Positions 32,849 to 47,051 of a stretch of 64,000 nt of DNA are shown one piece after another (position 1 is the first letter of the stretch; each line of letters opens with the position of its first letter). Where the stretch lies: NCBI GenBank assembly GCA_965240325.2, contig OZ251240.1, positions 806,001-870,000 on the forward strand, in the 5' to 3' direction. The notes under the pieces are model-generated. The model made no database searches and was not told the origin of the DNA. It saw only the letters and a list, made by a program, of their open reading frames with translations. Made by a program: the position numbers and the translations under genes. The stretch comes from Rebecca billardiae RCC1528 (Eukaryota > Protista > Haptophyta).

Positions 32849-33531
32849 CGTTATAACGGAGTTATAACCGAGTGTGTCGGGAGGCTGGAAAGGCAACGCG
32901 CAGCTGGTGGACAAGGGCCGCCATCGTCTTCTAGGTCCTGCAGGTAGTTGCAGTCGATTTCCGGAGCTCATCTGCCACGGAGCTATCCTTTATCATCATC
33001 ATGGTGGGCGCTGGTCCTTTCATATCGGCCAACCACACTGGCAGCTCCTCTGTAAGTACCCGCTCCTCTCCACTATCCGGCGCTCGAGATCATATACAAG
33101 GTCATCTTAAGTCGGCGTGGCAACTTACCAAAGTTCATATCAAGCAGCCCACCTAGCAGAGCTCGCTCGATCATCGGTTACACGACCTTTCGGGCCGAGC
33201 TGCTCATCTCTCGGCAGCCCCTGCTTCGGCCTGCGCATCTGCAAAGCCCGAGGTCCCGCCATCTCCTCTGCGTTCTTTGCTTGTGCTCGTGGGACAAATC
33301 CCCACCACGCGCAAGTATATATTTATACATCACCATTTCGGCATGGTGTGTATCGGCATTTGCTGCATGCTCGCATATATGCTGCAATACCTGCCCTCGC
33401 ATGCACATCACACGGACTGTGGGTGATGTTCGTAGTCCATACTCAATGGCGTCGCAGCGTCGCTCTTCATGCAGGAGGACACATATATATATATATATGA
33501 TGCTACATCTGACTGGCATCCGCCGCCGTCA

Positions 33532-35777
33532 TCAGGCGGTGAGCGACGGGTCAGCGTCGTCCGCCTCGTGAGCAGCGCCCCGTGCCCGACTCACACCGGC
33601 ATCGCCGAGCCTCACGCTCACCTCCGAGCTGGTCGTCTCGCCAGAGTCGCGCGGCCCTCGGCCGTGCCCGGAGGCGGCCGTCGCGGCGCTCGCCCTGCGC
33701 GGCGTGGCCGCCGTGCTCGTCGCGCTCTCGCGCGCCTCGATGCGCTCGAGCGCCGCGACCACCTCCCCCAGGCTCCCCTCGACCGCCGCCATCGACTCCT
33801 CGAGTCGTACGTGCCGCCGCGTCATGCGCATGCGCCAGCGCTCGTCCGCGTCCGCCTCGGCGAGGTTCGCGCCCATGTACTCGCGCGCCTCCGCCTCGAG
33901 CTGGGACATCCACTCCTCCAGCAGCGCCGACGGCCGGCTCGTCGAGCCCACCCCGCCTGCGCCCGGCTCGAGGCGCCCGCGCTTGGGGCCGGCGCGCGGC
34001 GAGGTCTCAACAGACTCGCGCCGTCGCTCCGGCTCGGCCGACGCGGGCGCGCCGCTCGCGGCGCGCGGCGCGCGCAGGCGGCGGCGGCATCGCCACAGCG
34101 ACACCGCTACCCGCGAGGGCAGGCCGAGCAGGTTGAACGGCGGCGGCGCGGGCGGGAGCCGCGCCGCCGACTGGATCAGCTTCGCCTTGACAAACTTGGC
34201 GTGCACCTGCGCAGGCGCCACCGGCCGGACCCGGCAAGCGCGCGGATGGGCGGAGAGCGGATGACGGTTTGATGGTAACGGTTTGTAACGGTTTGTTGAA
34301 GGCGAGGATTCGGCCGCAGCACAGACAGAGGCGTGAACACACACGCCGGGGACGAACGGCGCAGCGGTCGAGTGCGCCGTGGCGGGGATGGGGGGCCGCG
34401 GGAGGCGGCGGCTGGCGTGAGCGAGCGTGGGCGCGCGGCTGCAGGCGAGCGGCGCGCTCGCATGCAGAGGGGGCGCGTGACCGCAGGGCCAGGCGGTGCG
34501 CAGCGCGCGGCGCGGCGCGCGAGCGCCGGGGTGGGCGCGCGAGAGCGCGGGGGGCGCACATCGAGGTGGTCGTGGATCGAGTCGAAGGTCTGTGCGCGGC
34601 GCCCCGCGCGGGCGGAAGGGGTTGGCAGCATCGGGCGGGTCGCGTCAGTATGGTGACGGCGTGCGCGTCTGACCTCGGCCATCATGGCCGCCGCCAGCAG
34701 GCAGCATGCCCCGTGCGCGTCGCCGTGCGCCGCATGCGCGCGGCACTGCGCGCGGGCGTGGCGTCGCGCCGAGGCCGCACCTTGGCCATGGCGGCGATGA
34801 TCACGTTGAGCATGAGCACCACCATCACGATGGCGAACGTGACCATCAGCACCCACGACAGCCAGCCGACAGGCGACTGTCGCAGGCAGTCGAGCCGTGT
34901 GTCCGCCATGCCGAAGACGACTTCGATCAGAACGACCAGCGCGCTCTCCGCCGAGTGGCCGTAGTCCTCGTGCAGCTGCGGCCGCGCGGGGCGCGGGCGC
35001 GGGGGGCGGTGGGGGCGGCGCGGACGGGAGGGGGGAAGGCTGAGGGGCGCGCGGCACGGCGCGTGCCAATCGCAGCGCGCCGCCATTGCTTCGCGCGCGC
35101 GCGGCTGGCCCACACGCACCTCCTGCTGCGCCTCTGGGTCGCCGAGTGTGGAGCAGCCCTCGCCCATCTGCGTCGAGGCAATCTCCTTGAGCAGCACGTG
35201 CAGCGCGACCGCAAATGCGCACAGCAGCGGGAGCATGATGCTGCGCACGACGCGCGCGCGCACGCGCGCACGCACGCATTCGCGCAGGCCGTCCGGCGTG
35301 CGTGCGCGCGTGAGGCGCGCCGGCTGCTGGCTGGCTCACGCGCGCGGGGCGGGCGCCGTTCGCACCCGACGATCCTCCCCACGTCCTGCAGCATGCGGAA
35401 CACCATCAGCGTGAACGGCCCGAGCTCCGTCGAGAGGTACAGCGCGCGCATCAGCCGGATGGTGAGCCCCAGCACCGCCACGCTCATCACTTGCGAGGAC
35501 GCGGGCGCGTCTTGCGCGAGAGAGTCGTCGCCGGGCGGGGCGAGCCTGCGCGCAAAGCGGCGATGGAGGGCGGGGCGCGGGCAAGGGCGCGGCGGTGAGC
35601 GCGCGCGGGGCGCGCGGTGAGACGTCGGCCGCGCGCGATGCGCGTGTGCGCCCGTGCGCGGCTGCAAGCGCCGCCCTGCGGCCGAGGCCGCGCGCCGCGC
35701 TCGCGCCCGGCCGCGCGCATCGGCGGCGCGCGCGCAGCCCGGCCGCGCGCGGGGCCTCCAGCGCCCACAGCCGCGCG

Positions 35778-35814
<37 letters not shown>

Positions 35815-38800
35815 GCGCGCGCGCGCCTGAGCAGCAGCGCCACCGCGGCGAGCAGCAGCCCGCCGATCTCGAAGAGGTTGAACTCGTCTGACACGTAGCG
35901 TCGCAGCGCGGTCAGAGGGTTGCGCCCGTCGCGCATCAGCTCCTCGAGCTCGACGAGGATGGCGCCGGCGACGCACGCGAGCGCGGCGGAGGTCCACAGC
36001 CGCTCCTCGGTCAGCTCGATGGGCAGCAGCCCGGCGCCGCCCGGCGCGCCGTCCGGCGCGCCGGTGCGGTCGGCCTGTGCGGGCGGGCGCAGCGCGCCGC
36101 GCCTCGCGTCGTCGTCGCCGTCGTCGTCCGCGGCCGCGCGCGCGCGCTCCACCATCGCCATCGCCGCCGTGTCGTCCACGGGCGGCAGCGTCGCGCAGAG
36201 CCAGACGAGCACGCAGCCCATCAGCCAGTGCAGCGTCAGCTTCACGATCGGCGCGTCCACCAGCAGCAGCGACGTCGAGTACGCGAGCGGCCTCGAGCCG
36301 CGAGAGTCGTACTTGTTTTTTACCCGCCCCGATTTGAACTGCACGCGGAGCGCGCTTGAGAGCAGCGGAGAGGCGTCGGGGGCGAGGACGAGGACGGCGG
36401 CGAGGAGCGGCTGCGCGGCGAGCACCGCGAGCGGCGACGCGAGCCACACCGCCCACGCGCGCCGCTGCGTCGAGAACTCCGACTCCCGCAGCGCCGACGC
36501 CATGCTGAGCGCCTGCCCCGCCGCCTCGCGCACTGAGCCGCCCAGCGCGCGGATGTGCGCGCGCTGCACGGGCGGGTACGACAGCAGGATCGTGCACCCG
36601 CCCTCCGCGGCGCGCTCGAGGAGCGGCCACTGCCCTTCCCAGCCCGCCGGCTGCCGCGCGCTCGGCGCGAGCGAGAGGGCCGCGCCCGTGCCGCGGCTCG
36701 GCGCAGAGCCGCCGCCGCCGCCGCTCGCGCCGCCGCCGCCGCCCGCGCCGCCGCCGCCGCTCGCGGCCGCGGCCGCGCTGAGCGCGAGCTCGGCGGAGCA
36801 GATGCCGAGCTCGACGAGGCGCGCGGCGTGCGCGCACTCGTCGGCCGCGCTCTGCCCCCACTCCTCGCGCCGCCTCCGCGCCAGCGCCGTGCACGCGATC
36901 GACCCCTCCAGCGCGAACTGCGCCGTGCCCGTGCACGCGACCGAGTAAGCCACCAGCCGTGCGGCCGACGCAAGTTGGTCGTCGCCGTCGAGGCCACACA
37001 GCCAGTGCGCCGCGTCGACGCCTGCGGCCTTGACGGCCTCGCTCGCGCCCTCGCCCACGCCGGCGGAGAGCAGCCCGCGCGTGCTCCCGCCCGCGCCGCC
37101 CGCCGCGCTGCTCGCCGCGTACGAGTCGAGCAGGAAGTCGAACATCGACTCGTCGTAGTCGTCGACCGAGGAGGCGCGCGCCGCGAGCACGAGCCGCTTG
37201 TGGTAGGCTGCCACGTCAAACGGCGCCTCCCACGAGAGGAAGATGGCGGCGCCCTGCCTGCGGACGGCGAGCTCGGAGGCGGCGGGCGGGTGGGCGGGCG
37301 CCGCCGTCGCCGCGCCGCGGGCGCCGGGCTCATCGGCCGCGCCGACGGTGGGCGCGCGGTGCAGCGGCGGGGGCAGAGGCGGCGCGGGCGGCGGCGGTGG
37401 CGGCGCGTTGTCTGGCGGCGGCGCGGCGGCGGCGACCATCCTGGGCGAAGGCACCGACCCGGCCGCGGGCTGGCTGGCGGCGGCGGGCGTGGGCAAGCGC
37501 GGCTCGTCGGCGGCGGCCTCCTCCCCGCCGTCCTCCTCCTCGCTCTGCCGCAGCAGCAGCAGCGCGGCGCGCATCGCCCGCGCAAAGCCGGGCGGGTTCC
37601 CCTCAAGGTTGAGCGCAGTCAGAGCGCGGCCGCCGCCGCTCGCAAGCGCGGCGGCTATCTCAGCAGCCGAGCGCTCGCGCAGCGCGTTGCCCTCGGCGCG
37701 GAGCACGCGGAGGGTGGCGTTGGCCCGCAGCGCGCGGCCGAGCGCCACGCCGCTCGCGTCGGTCAGCTTCGTCCCCGCCAGCACCAGCGTGCGCAGCGTC
37801 TGGTTGGCCGCGAGCGCGCGCGCGAGCGCGCCGCCCGCGCGGTCGGTCAAGTTGGCCTCTCCGAGGGCGAGTGTTCGCAACCCGCAGCCGTCGGCCATCA
37901 GCGCGGCGGCGAGCTCCTCGCCCGTCGCGTCGGAGAGCTCGTTGCTCGACAGCGCGAGCGAGACCACCGGCGGCCGCCCGCTCAGCGCGCGCCCCATCAC
38001 CGCGCGCGCCAGCGCCACGCCGGACGCGTCGGTGAGCTCGTTGTCGTCGAGATCGAGCGAGATCAACGTCTGTGAGCAAGTGAGCGCGCGCGCGAGCTCC
38101 ACGCCCGTCGCGTCCGTGAGCCCGTTGCGCTCGAGGCGGAGCTCGGCGAGCGGCGGGCCCGTGGGCGGCGGGGCCGCCGCCGCCGCGCCGCCGCCGCCGT
38201 CGGGCCCGCCGCCGTCCGCCTCGGCCGGCTGCTGCGGCTGCGGCGGCTGCGCGTGCGCGTGCGCGTGCGCGGCATGCGCGTGCGCGGGCGACGCGTGCGA
38301 CGCGTGCGCGGGCGCGCGCCCGTTGGGAGAGCGCGGCTGGTTCAGCGCGCCGCCGCGCTGGGGCGAGCGCGGGCGCTTGGGCCCGCCGTCGGCGGGGCCG
38401 TAGTGCCCGCTGCGCGCGCGCCCGCCAAAGTGCGCGCTCCCGTACGAGCTGCGCCTGCGCCCCGCCGCCGCCGCGCTGCGCAGCGCCGCGACCGCCGCGG
38501 CAGCGCTCGCCTCGTGCGCGCTCGGCGCGTCGGTCGCGAGCGCGTCGCCGAGCGCGACGCCGCTCACGTCGGAGAGCATGTTGCCGGAGAGGTTGAGCAG
38601 CACGAGCGCGCGGTTCTCGCGCAGCGCCGTCGCCAGCTCCACGCCCGTGCGGTCCGACAGCGCGTTGTTCGGCACGTGCAGCTCGGCGAGCGCAGAGCCG
38701 CCGGAGGCGCCGAGGGCCTCGGCGAGCGCCGCGCCGCTCGCGTCCGCCAAGTTGTTCGCGCCGAGGTGCAGCACGCGCAGCCGCGTGGCGGCGGGCAGCG

Positions 38801-39680
38801 CGCCGGCGAGCACGCGGCCGGCGGCGTCGCCCATCCGGTTGCCCCCGAGCAGCAGCCGCTCGAGCCGGCACTCCGCCCGCTGCAGCGCCGACGCCAACTC
38901 CTCCGCTGTGCGAGGGCCGGCGTTGTTGTCGCTCAGGTCGAGCTCGGTGAGAGCGCCGTTGGCCGCGAGCGCGCGCGCGATCTCGGCGCAGCCGCCGTCG
39001 CGCAGCGCGTTGCCGCCGAGGCAGAGCGACTCGAGCGCGAGGTTCCGCGCGAGCGCCGCGCCGAAGTGCGCGCCCGCGCCGTCCGCCACGTGCGCGCTCG
39101 CCAGACGGAACTCGCGCAGCGTCGAGTTGCGCTCGAGCGAGCGCGCGAGCGCGCGCACGGCGCGGGAGGAGAACGTGTTGCCGCTGAGCTCGAGGCTCGT
39201 GAGCGTGGCGTTGTGCTCGAGCACCTCCGCCAGCGCGTTCGCCGTGCCGTCGCCCAGGCCGTTGCGCGCCGCGCTGAACGTGCGCAGCGAGCGCGAGTGC
39301 TGGATGGCCGCCGCGAGCGTCACGCCCGCGCGGTCGGTCAGGGCGTTGTCCGCGACGGAGAGCGTGTGCAGCACGGTGCTCGCGTGGAGCAGCTCAGCGA
39401 GCGCGATCCCGTACGCGTCGGAGAGCCGCCTGCGCTCGAGATCGAGCACGGTCGCCTCGCGCAGCACGCTCGCCTCCACGCCGTCCCCGAGCCGGCGCGC
39501 GAGCCGCTCGAGCGAGACGGGCTTGGCGCTCGAGGGCGAGAGCAGGAGCTGCGGCGGGCGCGAGACGCGCTTGGGGCTCGGCGACCCGGACGAGGGCGAC
39601 GCGCCACCCTCCGCGCTTGCGTGCGCGTCGCTCGCCGGAGCGACGCCATCGAAGCTCACCGCGCCCGCCGTGACCGCCAT
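33532..39680 (-). CDS. TRP-like cation channel with N-terminal RI-type LRRs; exons 39680-35827, 35545-35366, 35240-35120, 34975-34781, 34589-34560, 34206-33532
   Basis: 28-aa LRRs (LxxLxLxxNxLxDxxGxxLAxAL). Channel core: DEFNLFE (S3), LTIRLMRALYLSTELGPFTLMVFRMLQDV (S4-S5 linker), pore helix, LMLNVIIAAMAKTFD (S6) and APPPFNLL (TRP box 2-like); C-terminal coiled coil. First intron is GC-AG. Confidence 0.82.
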
Positions 39681-39883
39681 GCGCTTCTGGATGGGCGGCC
39701 GGCCTTGGCCCAAACTCCCCAAAGTAATACGACGTCTGTATGTACTACAGTACCTAGTCGTAGCAGGCGATGGGCCCGCCCAACGGGCGCCTGGACGAAA
39801 CCAGAACCGCACATGGCCGTGGGGTGGGCGCCACCACCGGCCAATCCGATGGACGAAAAATTACAAACCTCAACCTCGTGCCC

Positions 39884-41958
39884 ATGTCACGCGAGCGCGA
39901 CCAGCTGCGCGAGGCTCGGCGGCGCTTCGTGGTCGGCGTGCTGTCATCGACGTGCTACCACGTCGCGCTCCCTTTCTTCGTCGACCAGCGCACGCGCTCG
40001 CCGCCGCTCACGACCGTGCTGCTCGTCGGTCCGCTCGCGATCAACCTGAGCACGCTCGGCTCGCATCTCGTCTCGACGTCGCGCGGCTGGGCCGGGCGCA
40101 CCTCGCTGAGCTGGCACATGGTCGCGATGTACTTCACGAACGGGCTCATCAACGCCGTGGGTGCCACGCAGTGCTGCTCCGCCGCCGCCGCCAACGAGCA
40201 CCTCCTCTTCCTCTGCCTGAAGAGCGCGATGTTCTCGTACCCGATGTCGGGCGTGCACTGGCTGAGCGCGGTCGTGCACTCGGCGCTCGTGCTCGGCGTG
40301 GGGATGGGCGCGCACCTGGCGCTCGGCGCGGCGGTGGGCGCCGCCGAGTGCGCGCCCTCCGCCGCCGCGCCCGCCACGGCGCCCGCCTACGGCGTTGGCG
40401 TGCAAACCCTCGGCCTGTGGCCGTGGGCGGTGGTCGCGCTCGCGGGCGCCATCGGCGCTGTCGTCGCGCGCTTCCGCGCGGACGCTCAGAGCGTGCTCGG
40501 GCCGCCGAAGGGCGCGGCGCCCGCGCCCGCGCCCGCGCCCGCGCCGGCCGCGCCGGCATGCGCCGAGCCCACCTGCGCCGCCAAGCCCGGCAGCGCGGCG
40601 GCCTCGGCTGCGTCGGGGGTCAGTGCGCGCGCGAGCGAGCGCGAGGCGGCGCGGGTGACGCGGCTGCTGTGGCGCCGGCTGCTGCTCGCGTGCGTCTTCA
40701 CCGACGTGCCGCTGCTCTGCCTCGCCGCGCTGATCGCCCTGGAAGGCATTGACACGGCGGGCGGCGGCGACGGCAGCTGCGGCAGCGGCCATGTCGCCGG
40801 CGTGCGCACTGGGTGGACGGGCGCGGCGGCGGCTTCGGCCGAGGCCGAGTTCGTGCAGAGGCTGCTTGAGGCGGGCGCGCTCGTGCTCGTCGTCGGGGTC
40901 GACGTGCTCGCGATGACGCGCGCCGCCGCGGGCTGCAACGCGCCTTCCCCGCCCGCCGCCGCCGCGCCCAAGCCGTGGTGGGCGCGCGGCGCGGCCCGCC
41001 TGCCGCCAGCATCCGTGCTTGCGAGCTGCCTGCGAGCGCTCGTGCTGGCCTGTGGTGCGCGCTTCTCGGCGTCGGCGCTCGCGCGCGACGCGATGTTCTA
41101 CATGCTGCTCGTGTTGAGCGAGCTCGACCTGCTTGCAGGCGCGCGGCACATGCGCGCCGGAGCCGTCGCGCTGCTGGCGGTCGGCGCGCTCAGCGCTGCG
41201 CCCACCGCGCTGCGCGTGGGCGTCGACTTGGTCCGCGCGCTTGCGACCGATGGCATCGCGCAGCCTGTGGTCGCGCGCGCGGCGGGGCTGGTGAGCGCGC
41301 ACGCGAGCCGGCACGTGCTCCTCGTGCTCCTCGTGCTGCTCACCTTCGTGCTGATGCCGGGCGGCGTCGGCCTCCCGTCGATGCACTCGCTGGAGGGTCA
41401 CCTGCAGGAGCTGGGCCGGCTGCGTGCTGAGGTGGTGGGCGCGCGCGCGCGTGCGCAGGACGAGGCGAATGAGAACCGCCGGCTGCGCGGCCGCGTGAGC
41501 CACCTCTCCGAGCAGCTCGAGCAGCAGGAGCAGACGCACGAGGAGGAGCTCAGCAACGTGCGCGACGTGATGCGAACGATGCTCGAATCGCTCGGCACCG
41601 CCGCCGCAACCCCCGGAGGGCGCGCGCCGCCGACGGTCGCGCTGGCGCTGCGGCCAGGCTCGGAGTCTGGCAGCTCAGGATGCGCGCAGGGTGAGCCGGC
41701 TCTGCGCGTGCCGGGGACGGCGGCGAGGGCGGCCGCGGCGGAGCCGCCAAGCGGGGCGGCCGCGACCGTGCTCGGCACCGCACCGCCTCCGTCCGCGCTC
41801 GCACTCGCGGCGGCGGGCAGCGCGGGGGGCCGCGCGGCGCCGCACGCGCAGGCGGCGGTAGCACATCACGCGGCGGTGGCAGGGCAGGCGTCGACGGTGG
41901 CAGCGCGCATGTGCTCCGCTGCGCTGGCTGGGCAGCTGGCGGCGAGTGGCCCAGCGCT

Positions 41959-41992
<34 letters not shown>

Positions 41993-43516
41993 AGTGCGGC
42001 GCAGGGCAGCGGCCAGCACGTGAGCCTCTTCCTGCGCGTCACGCCGTCTGGCAGAGCGCAGCTGCAGCTCGTCAGCTGCGGCACCGCTCGCGCGCCCACT
42101 CAGCCGGGCACGCCCGGCCCCGGCCGCGGCGCTGACCTGTGCCCGGCTGGTGGCTGCCATGCCGATGCGAGAGCGCGCGCAGAGAAGGGCAGCGGCAATC
42201 ATGCCACCGGCCATGGCGCCAACGGCCATGGCGGCAATAACGGCCATGGCGCCAGCGGCCATGGCAGCAACGGCCATGATGGCAACGGCGGTGCAGGCTG
42301 CCCTCTGGCCGCGCGTGCGCAGCAGATTCCACCGTCTCCGCCCTCGGCAGAGCCGCACGGCGCTCGCAGCCTGCATGCGCCTCCGGGTGCTCGGCGCGCG
42401 GCGGAGCTCTCCAGTGCGCTGACTGAGCTGCTGCCAGCCGGTCCTGACAGCCCGCCAAGCCCAGAGCCCACGGCCCAGCTTCAGGCGCAGCACGGCGGCG
42501 CGCGGAAGCCGGAGGGGGCGGCGCATGCGCCCGCCGCCGCCGCGACGCACGCGGCGCATGTGGGCACGCGCGCGTGTGACGGCGCCACGCCGCGCAGCGG
42601 CGCCCGTCGCGCCGAGCCCGCCGTCGGGCCGGGCCCGGTGGCGGGCCCGGCGGAGACGTCTCTTGCTCCTCCGACAGACGGCGCTCCTTTGGCCGAAGCG
42701 CCTGCTGCCGCGGCGCTGAGGCCGCGCCGTAGGCGGCACGCGCGCAAGCACAACCGGGCGGCAAAGCACGCAGCCGCGGAGGGCGCCGCGCCCGCCGCGG
42801 ACGAGGCGCCGGCTGCGCACGGCAGCAGGCAGCGGCTGACGACGCCCCCGCGCGCGCCGAGCCCGCCGGTGCAGCGGCCGCTCACGGGCGCCGTGCGGGA
42901 GCTGCTCCGCGCGGCCGCGGCGGGCGACGACCGCGCGGCGCGCCGCGCGCTCGAGTCTGGCGGCGCAAGCGTGCACAGCGGCGCGGGCCAGGGCCTCGGC
43001 ACCGCCGCCCACCAGGCGTGCCTGGCCGGCCACGCCCGCGTGCTCGCGTCTCTCCTCGAGCACGACGAGTCGGTCGGCGCCGCAACCGACGGTTACGCCA
43101 ATAGGCCGTTACACGTGGCGTGCGAAGGGCTGCAGCTGGAGTGTGCGCGCGCGCTGCTGCTCGCGCAGCCGCCCGGTGCGGCCCAGCCCCACGCGAGCGA
43201 CGGCGGCACCGGACCGGCACCGCCCGCGCGCCGGCCGCCGGCCGTGCACCTCGTGAACGCGCCGAACGCCGCCGGCGACACGGCGCTGCACGTTGCCTGC
43301 ACGCAGCTCAGCGCGCGCGCCGCTGCAGCGCCAGCCGGCGAGGCTGCAGTCTTGGACGACGGCCTCGCACTCGTCGAGCTGCTGCTCGCATGGGGCGCCG
43401 ATGCGGGCGCACGCAACGGCGAGGGGCTCTCGGCATCGCAGCTCGTGGCGCTAGCGGGCGAGGATGCTCTTCGCGTCCTGCAGCTCCTCCGGCCGTGGTC
43501 GTCAGCAGCAGTCTGA
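39884..43516 (+). CDS. Multi-pass membrane protein with coiled coil, low-complexity linker and C-terminal ankyrin repeats
   Basis: Several hydrophobic segments; LEGHLQELGRLRAE...HEEELSNVRDVM coiled coil; ankyrin motifs TAAHQAC, NRPLHVAC, GDTALHVAC and LLLAWGADAGARN. Confidence 0.75.
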
Positions 43517-44504
43517 TCATCAGCATGCTAGAGTAAGCAGTAATATATATATATATATGTATGTATGTATGCATGTATGTATGTATGTATGTATATGTAT
43601 ATATATGTATATATATTCACTAACAGCTTATTACTGCTGAGACGTACGACTACTGAATATATATATATGTATATATCATAATCTGATGATGACTTCGAGA
43701 CTGTCCGTCAGATATGGCTAGCGAGTCATCGGCGGACGGTTGGTCGGAGGCTTCGCCGCGTCGCCGGGCCCGGGGTCAAGTCAGCTCCGCCCGCACTGCC
43801 AGCCACGCTGACCAGTGGCAGTAGTACGCACTACGCCAGTAGTGACGTCGCAGCCCACGCCCCGACGGCTCGCGCGCGCGCCGATTACCGCGGTTACGGT
43901 CGCGCGCCCTCCAATCCTCCATGATGCGCTCGCGTTTAACATCGTCATGCTACGCAATTGGCAAGCCGCCCGCGCACCCTGCATGATTAGTGCATGCGCT
44001 TGAGCTCGGCGTCGTCCGAACTTAGAAATGCAGCTGCCACCGTCAGCTTCGATGGGCATCGATGGCGGCAACAGCATCGTGCTTGACTCTGGCATGGTGC
44101 TGCTGCCAGGTCTCAGCAACTTGAACTGGTGTGAGCTTTGGTTGGACGGGCGGGCGGCGGGCACCGCCGAAGGGCAAGCACGACGGCGGCGCCGCGCCTA
44201 GTGGGGTCAGAGCTCCGACCGTTACACTCCCGAGTGACACAATCTCCCGAGCGAAATGTCGAAATCGACACTGAGCCCAAATCTCATGTCGATCAAACTA
44301 CGTCATCGTCGCTCATCCTACTCCTAGGCAGCTCCTCACCGCACTTTCAAATAGCTTATTACAGCTAATTAGCGCCATCAAATCGCGCGTAACGATATCG
44401 TTATACCCTGCGTTTACGGCCAGGTGACGGCCGTCCACTTACGTAGTCGAATTGTGCTGGACGTGCGCCCGTTTTGTGCGAGTGCATGTCTAAAGCCGCT
44501 CGTC

Positions 44505-45144
<640 letters not shown>

Positions 45145-45518
45145 CATATAATTAAAAACAATATGAATATTCCGCGGGTAGCTATGCATCTGAACATATC
45201 ACTAACGACTACAGTGAAAATAAACGCTAACGCGCGCGCCTGCACTGCCCTCTGGGCGTGCCGGCAGTTGCGCAACGCGGCACCATCACTCAGCCATCAG
45301 CATCGTTACAGAATACAGCAGTACATCAAGAACGGCAGAGCCGTGAGCCGTGCGCATGAGTCAATACTGACTGAGTGCTGATGACATGAGTTAGTGATGA
45401 GAGCGGGCGGCGCGGCCGCGCGAGCGGCCGCGCGCCACCAGCCAGGCAGCCACTAAGCTAGTGGCGTAGTGCGCGCCGCACGATAAGACCAAAAACTACC
45501 GATGATGAAAGAAAAGTC

Positions 45519-45579
<61 letters not shown>
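45519..45579. repeat. (TA)n microsatellite
   Basis: Directly visible. Confidence 0.97.
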
Positions 45580-45580
<1 letters not shown>

Positions 45581-45795
45581 CATCAGAGCTGCTAATAATA
45601 ACAACAACAGTCGTCGTAGTATCATCATCAGGCGCTCTAGAATAAATTTAAATGCGCATATATGCGCGTAAGACTAGACTGCGGAGGATCGCGCAATAAT
45701 CTGATGCTGAGGCGACGACACATAAGCCTGGCTTGATGAGCTAGAACCGGGTACGAGTAAGCTATACATCATGATCATCAGTACGATGATGATTG

Positions 45796-47020
45796 TCAAC
45801 TGCCAAAGAGGAAGTTGCACGCACCGCCGATGCCGCGCAGCTGGAAGAGCACGGGCTCGACAAATACCTCGAAGGCCCAGTCGCGCCACATCTCCGGGAG
45901 AGCCCTGAGCACCACGTCCAGCACGAGCTGGATGAGCACGATGCCTGGCTCGACCACCGCCACCTTGAAGGCCATCTCGTAGCCCCACGCGAGCATGATC
46001 TCGTCGCGCCACAGGTTGGGGTTGCGGATGCTCACCTCCACCGATGCCGTGCCGAAGATCGAGAACATGAGGATGAGCACGCCAAGCGCCGCCATCAGGG
46101 CGATGTTGATCACCCATATGAGCCTGTTCTTCCACCTCTTGGGCTTGTTCGCCCACCACGTCGCGTCTTGCAGCTCGAGCATCGACAGCCGCAGCCGCTC
46201 GTGCACCTCCGTCGGCGTCGGCTCGTGCGCGCTGCTGCGGTCTGGGCGGTCGGCGGGTCGGCGGTCGCGATGGTGCGCGGCGGCGTGGTACGCGGCGACG
46301 GCCTCGCGCGTCGCCACGTTCGGCTCCGCCACCACCTCGTCCACCGCGATCGGGTGCCCGTCGGGGAAGGGCGAGCGCCTGTACGCGACCTCGACCATCT
46401 TGACAGCCTCGTACTCGTCGTCCCGCGCGTGCACGTGGTACTGCTCGAGCACCTCCTCGTGGCTGCGCGGCTCGGCGCGGTACACCACCTCGGCCTGGAC
46501 GAAGCGCAGGTCCGGGATCGGGTGCGACACCTCGACCACGGTGATGTGCTCCTCCACCATAGCCTCCTGGTGGAACTCGGGGCGCACGCGGCCGCCAAAC
46601 ATCTCGGCGACGATGGACGGCCGGTTGGCGTGCGGCACGGCCGCGAGCGCCTCGGCGCGCACGACGCCGGTGACGTAGAAGCCGACGAGCTGGCCAAAGT
46701 CCGTCTGGATTGCAACGAGGGCCTGCTCGGGCATGGCGATCGAGAGGTCCGGCCTCGTCGCCAGCGCGCCGGCCGCGGCGTTCGCGTTGCCCGTGCCGGG
46801 CATCGCCGGCACGAGCGCAGCCGCGGGCGCATCGTCCGGGTGCGGGTCGACCAACTTGACCGACTCGGGGCGGACGTACCGCACGGTCGGGCGCGAGAGG
46901 TCGACCACGCCACCGGTCAGCTCGGCGATGTTCTTAGCCACGTCCACGGTCGACATCATGCGCTGCAGGTTCGCCGCCTGGAGGCTCACGGCCGACGCGC
47001 TGCGCTTGAGCCCAACGCCG

Positions 47021-47051
<31 letters not shown>

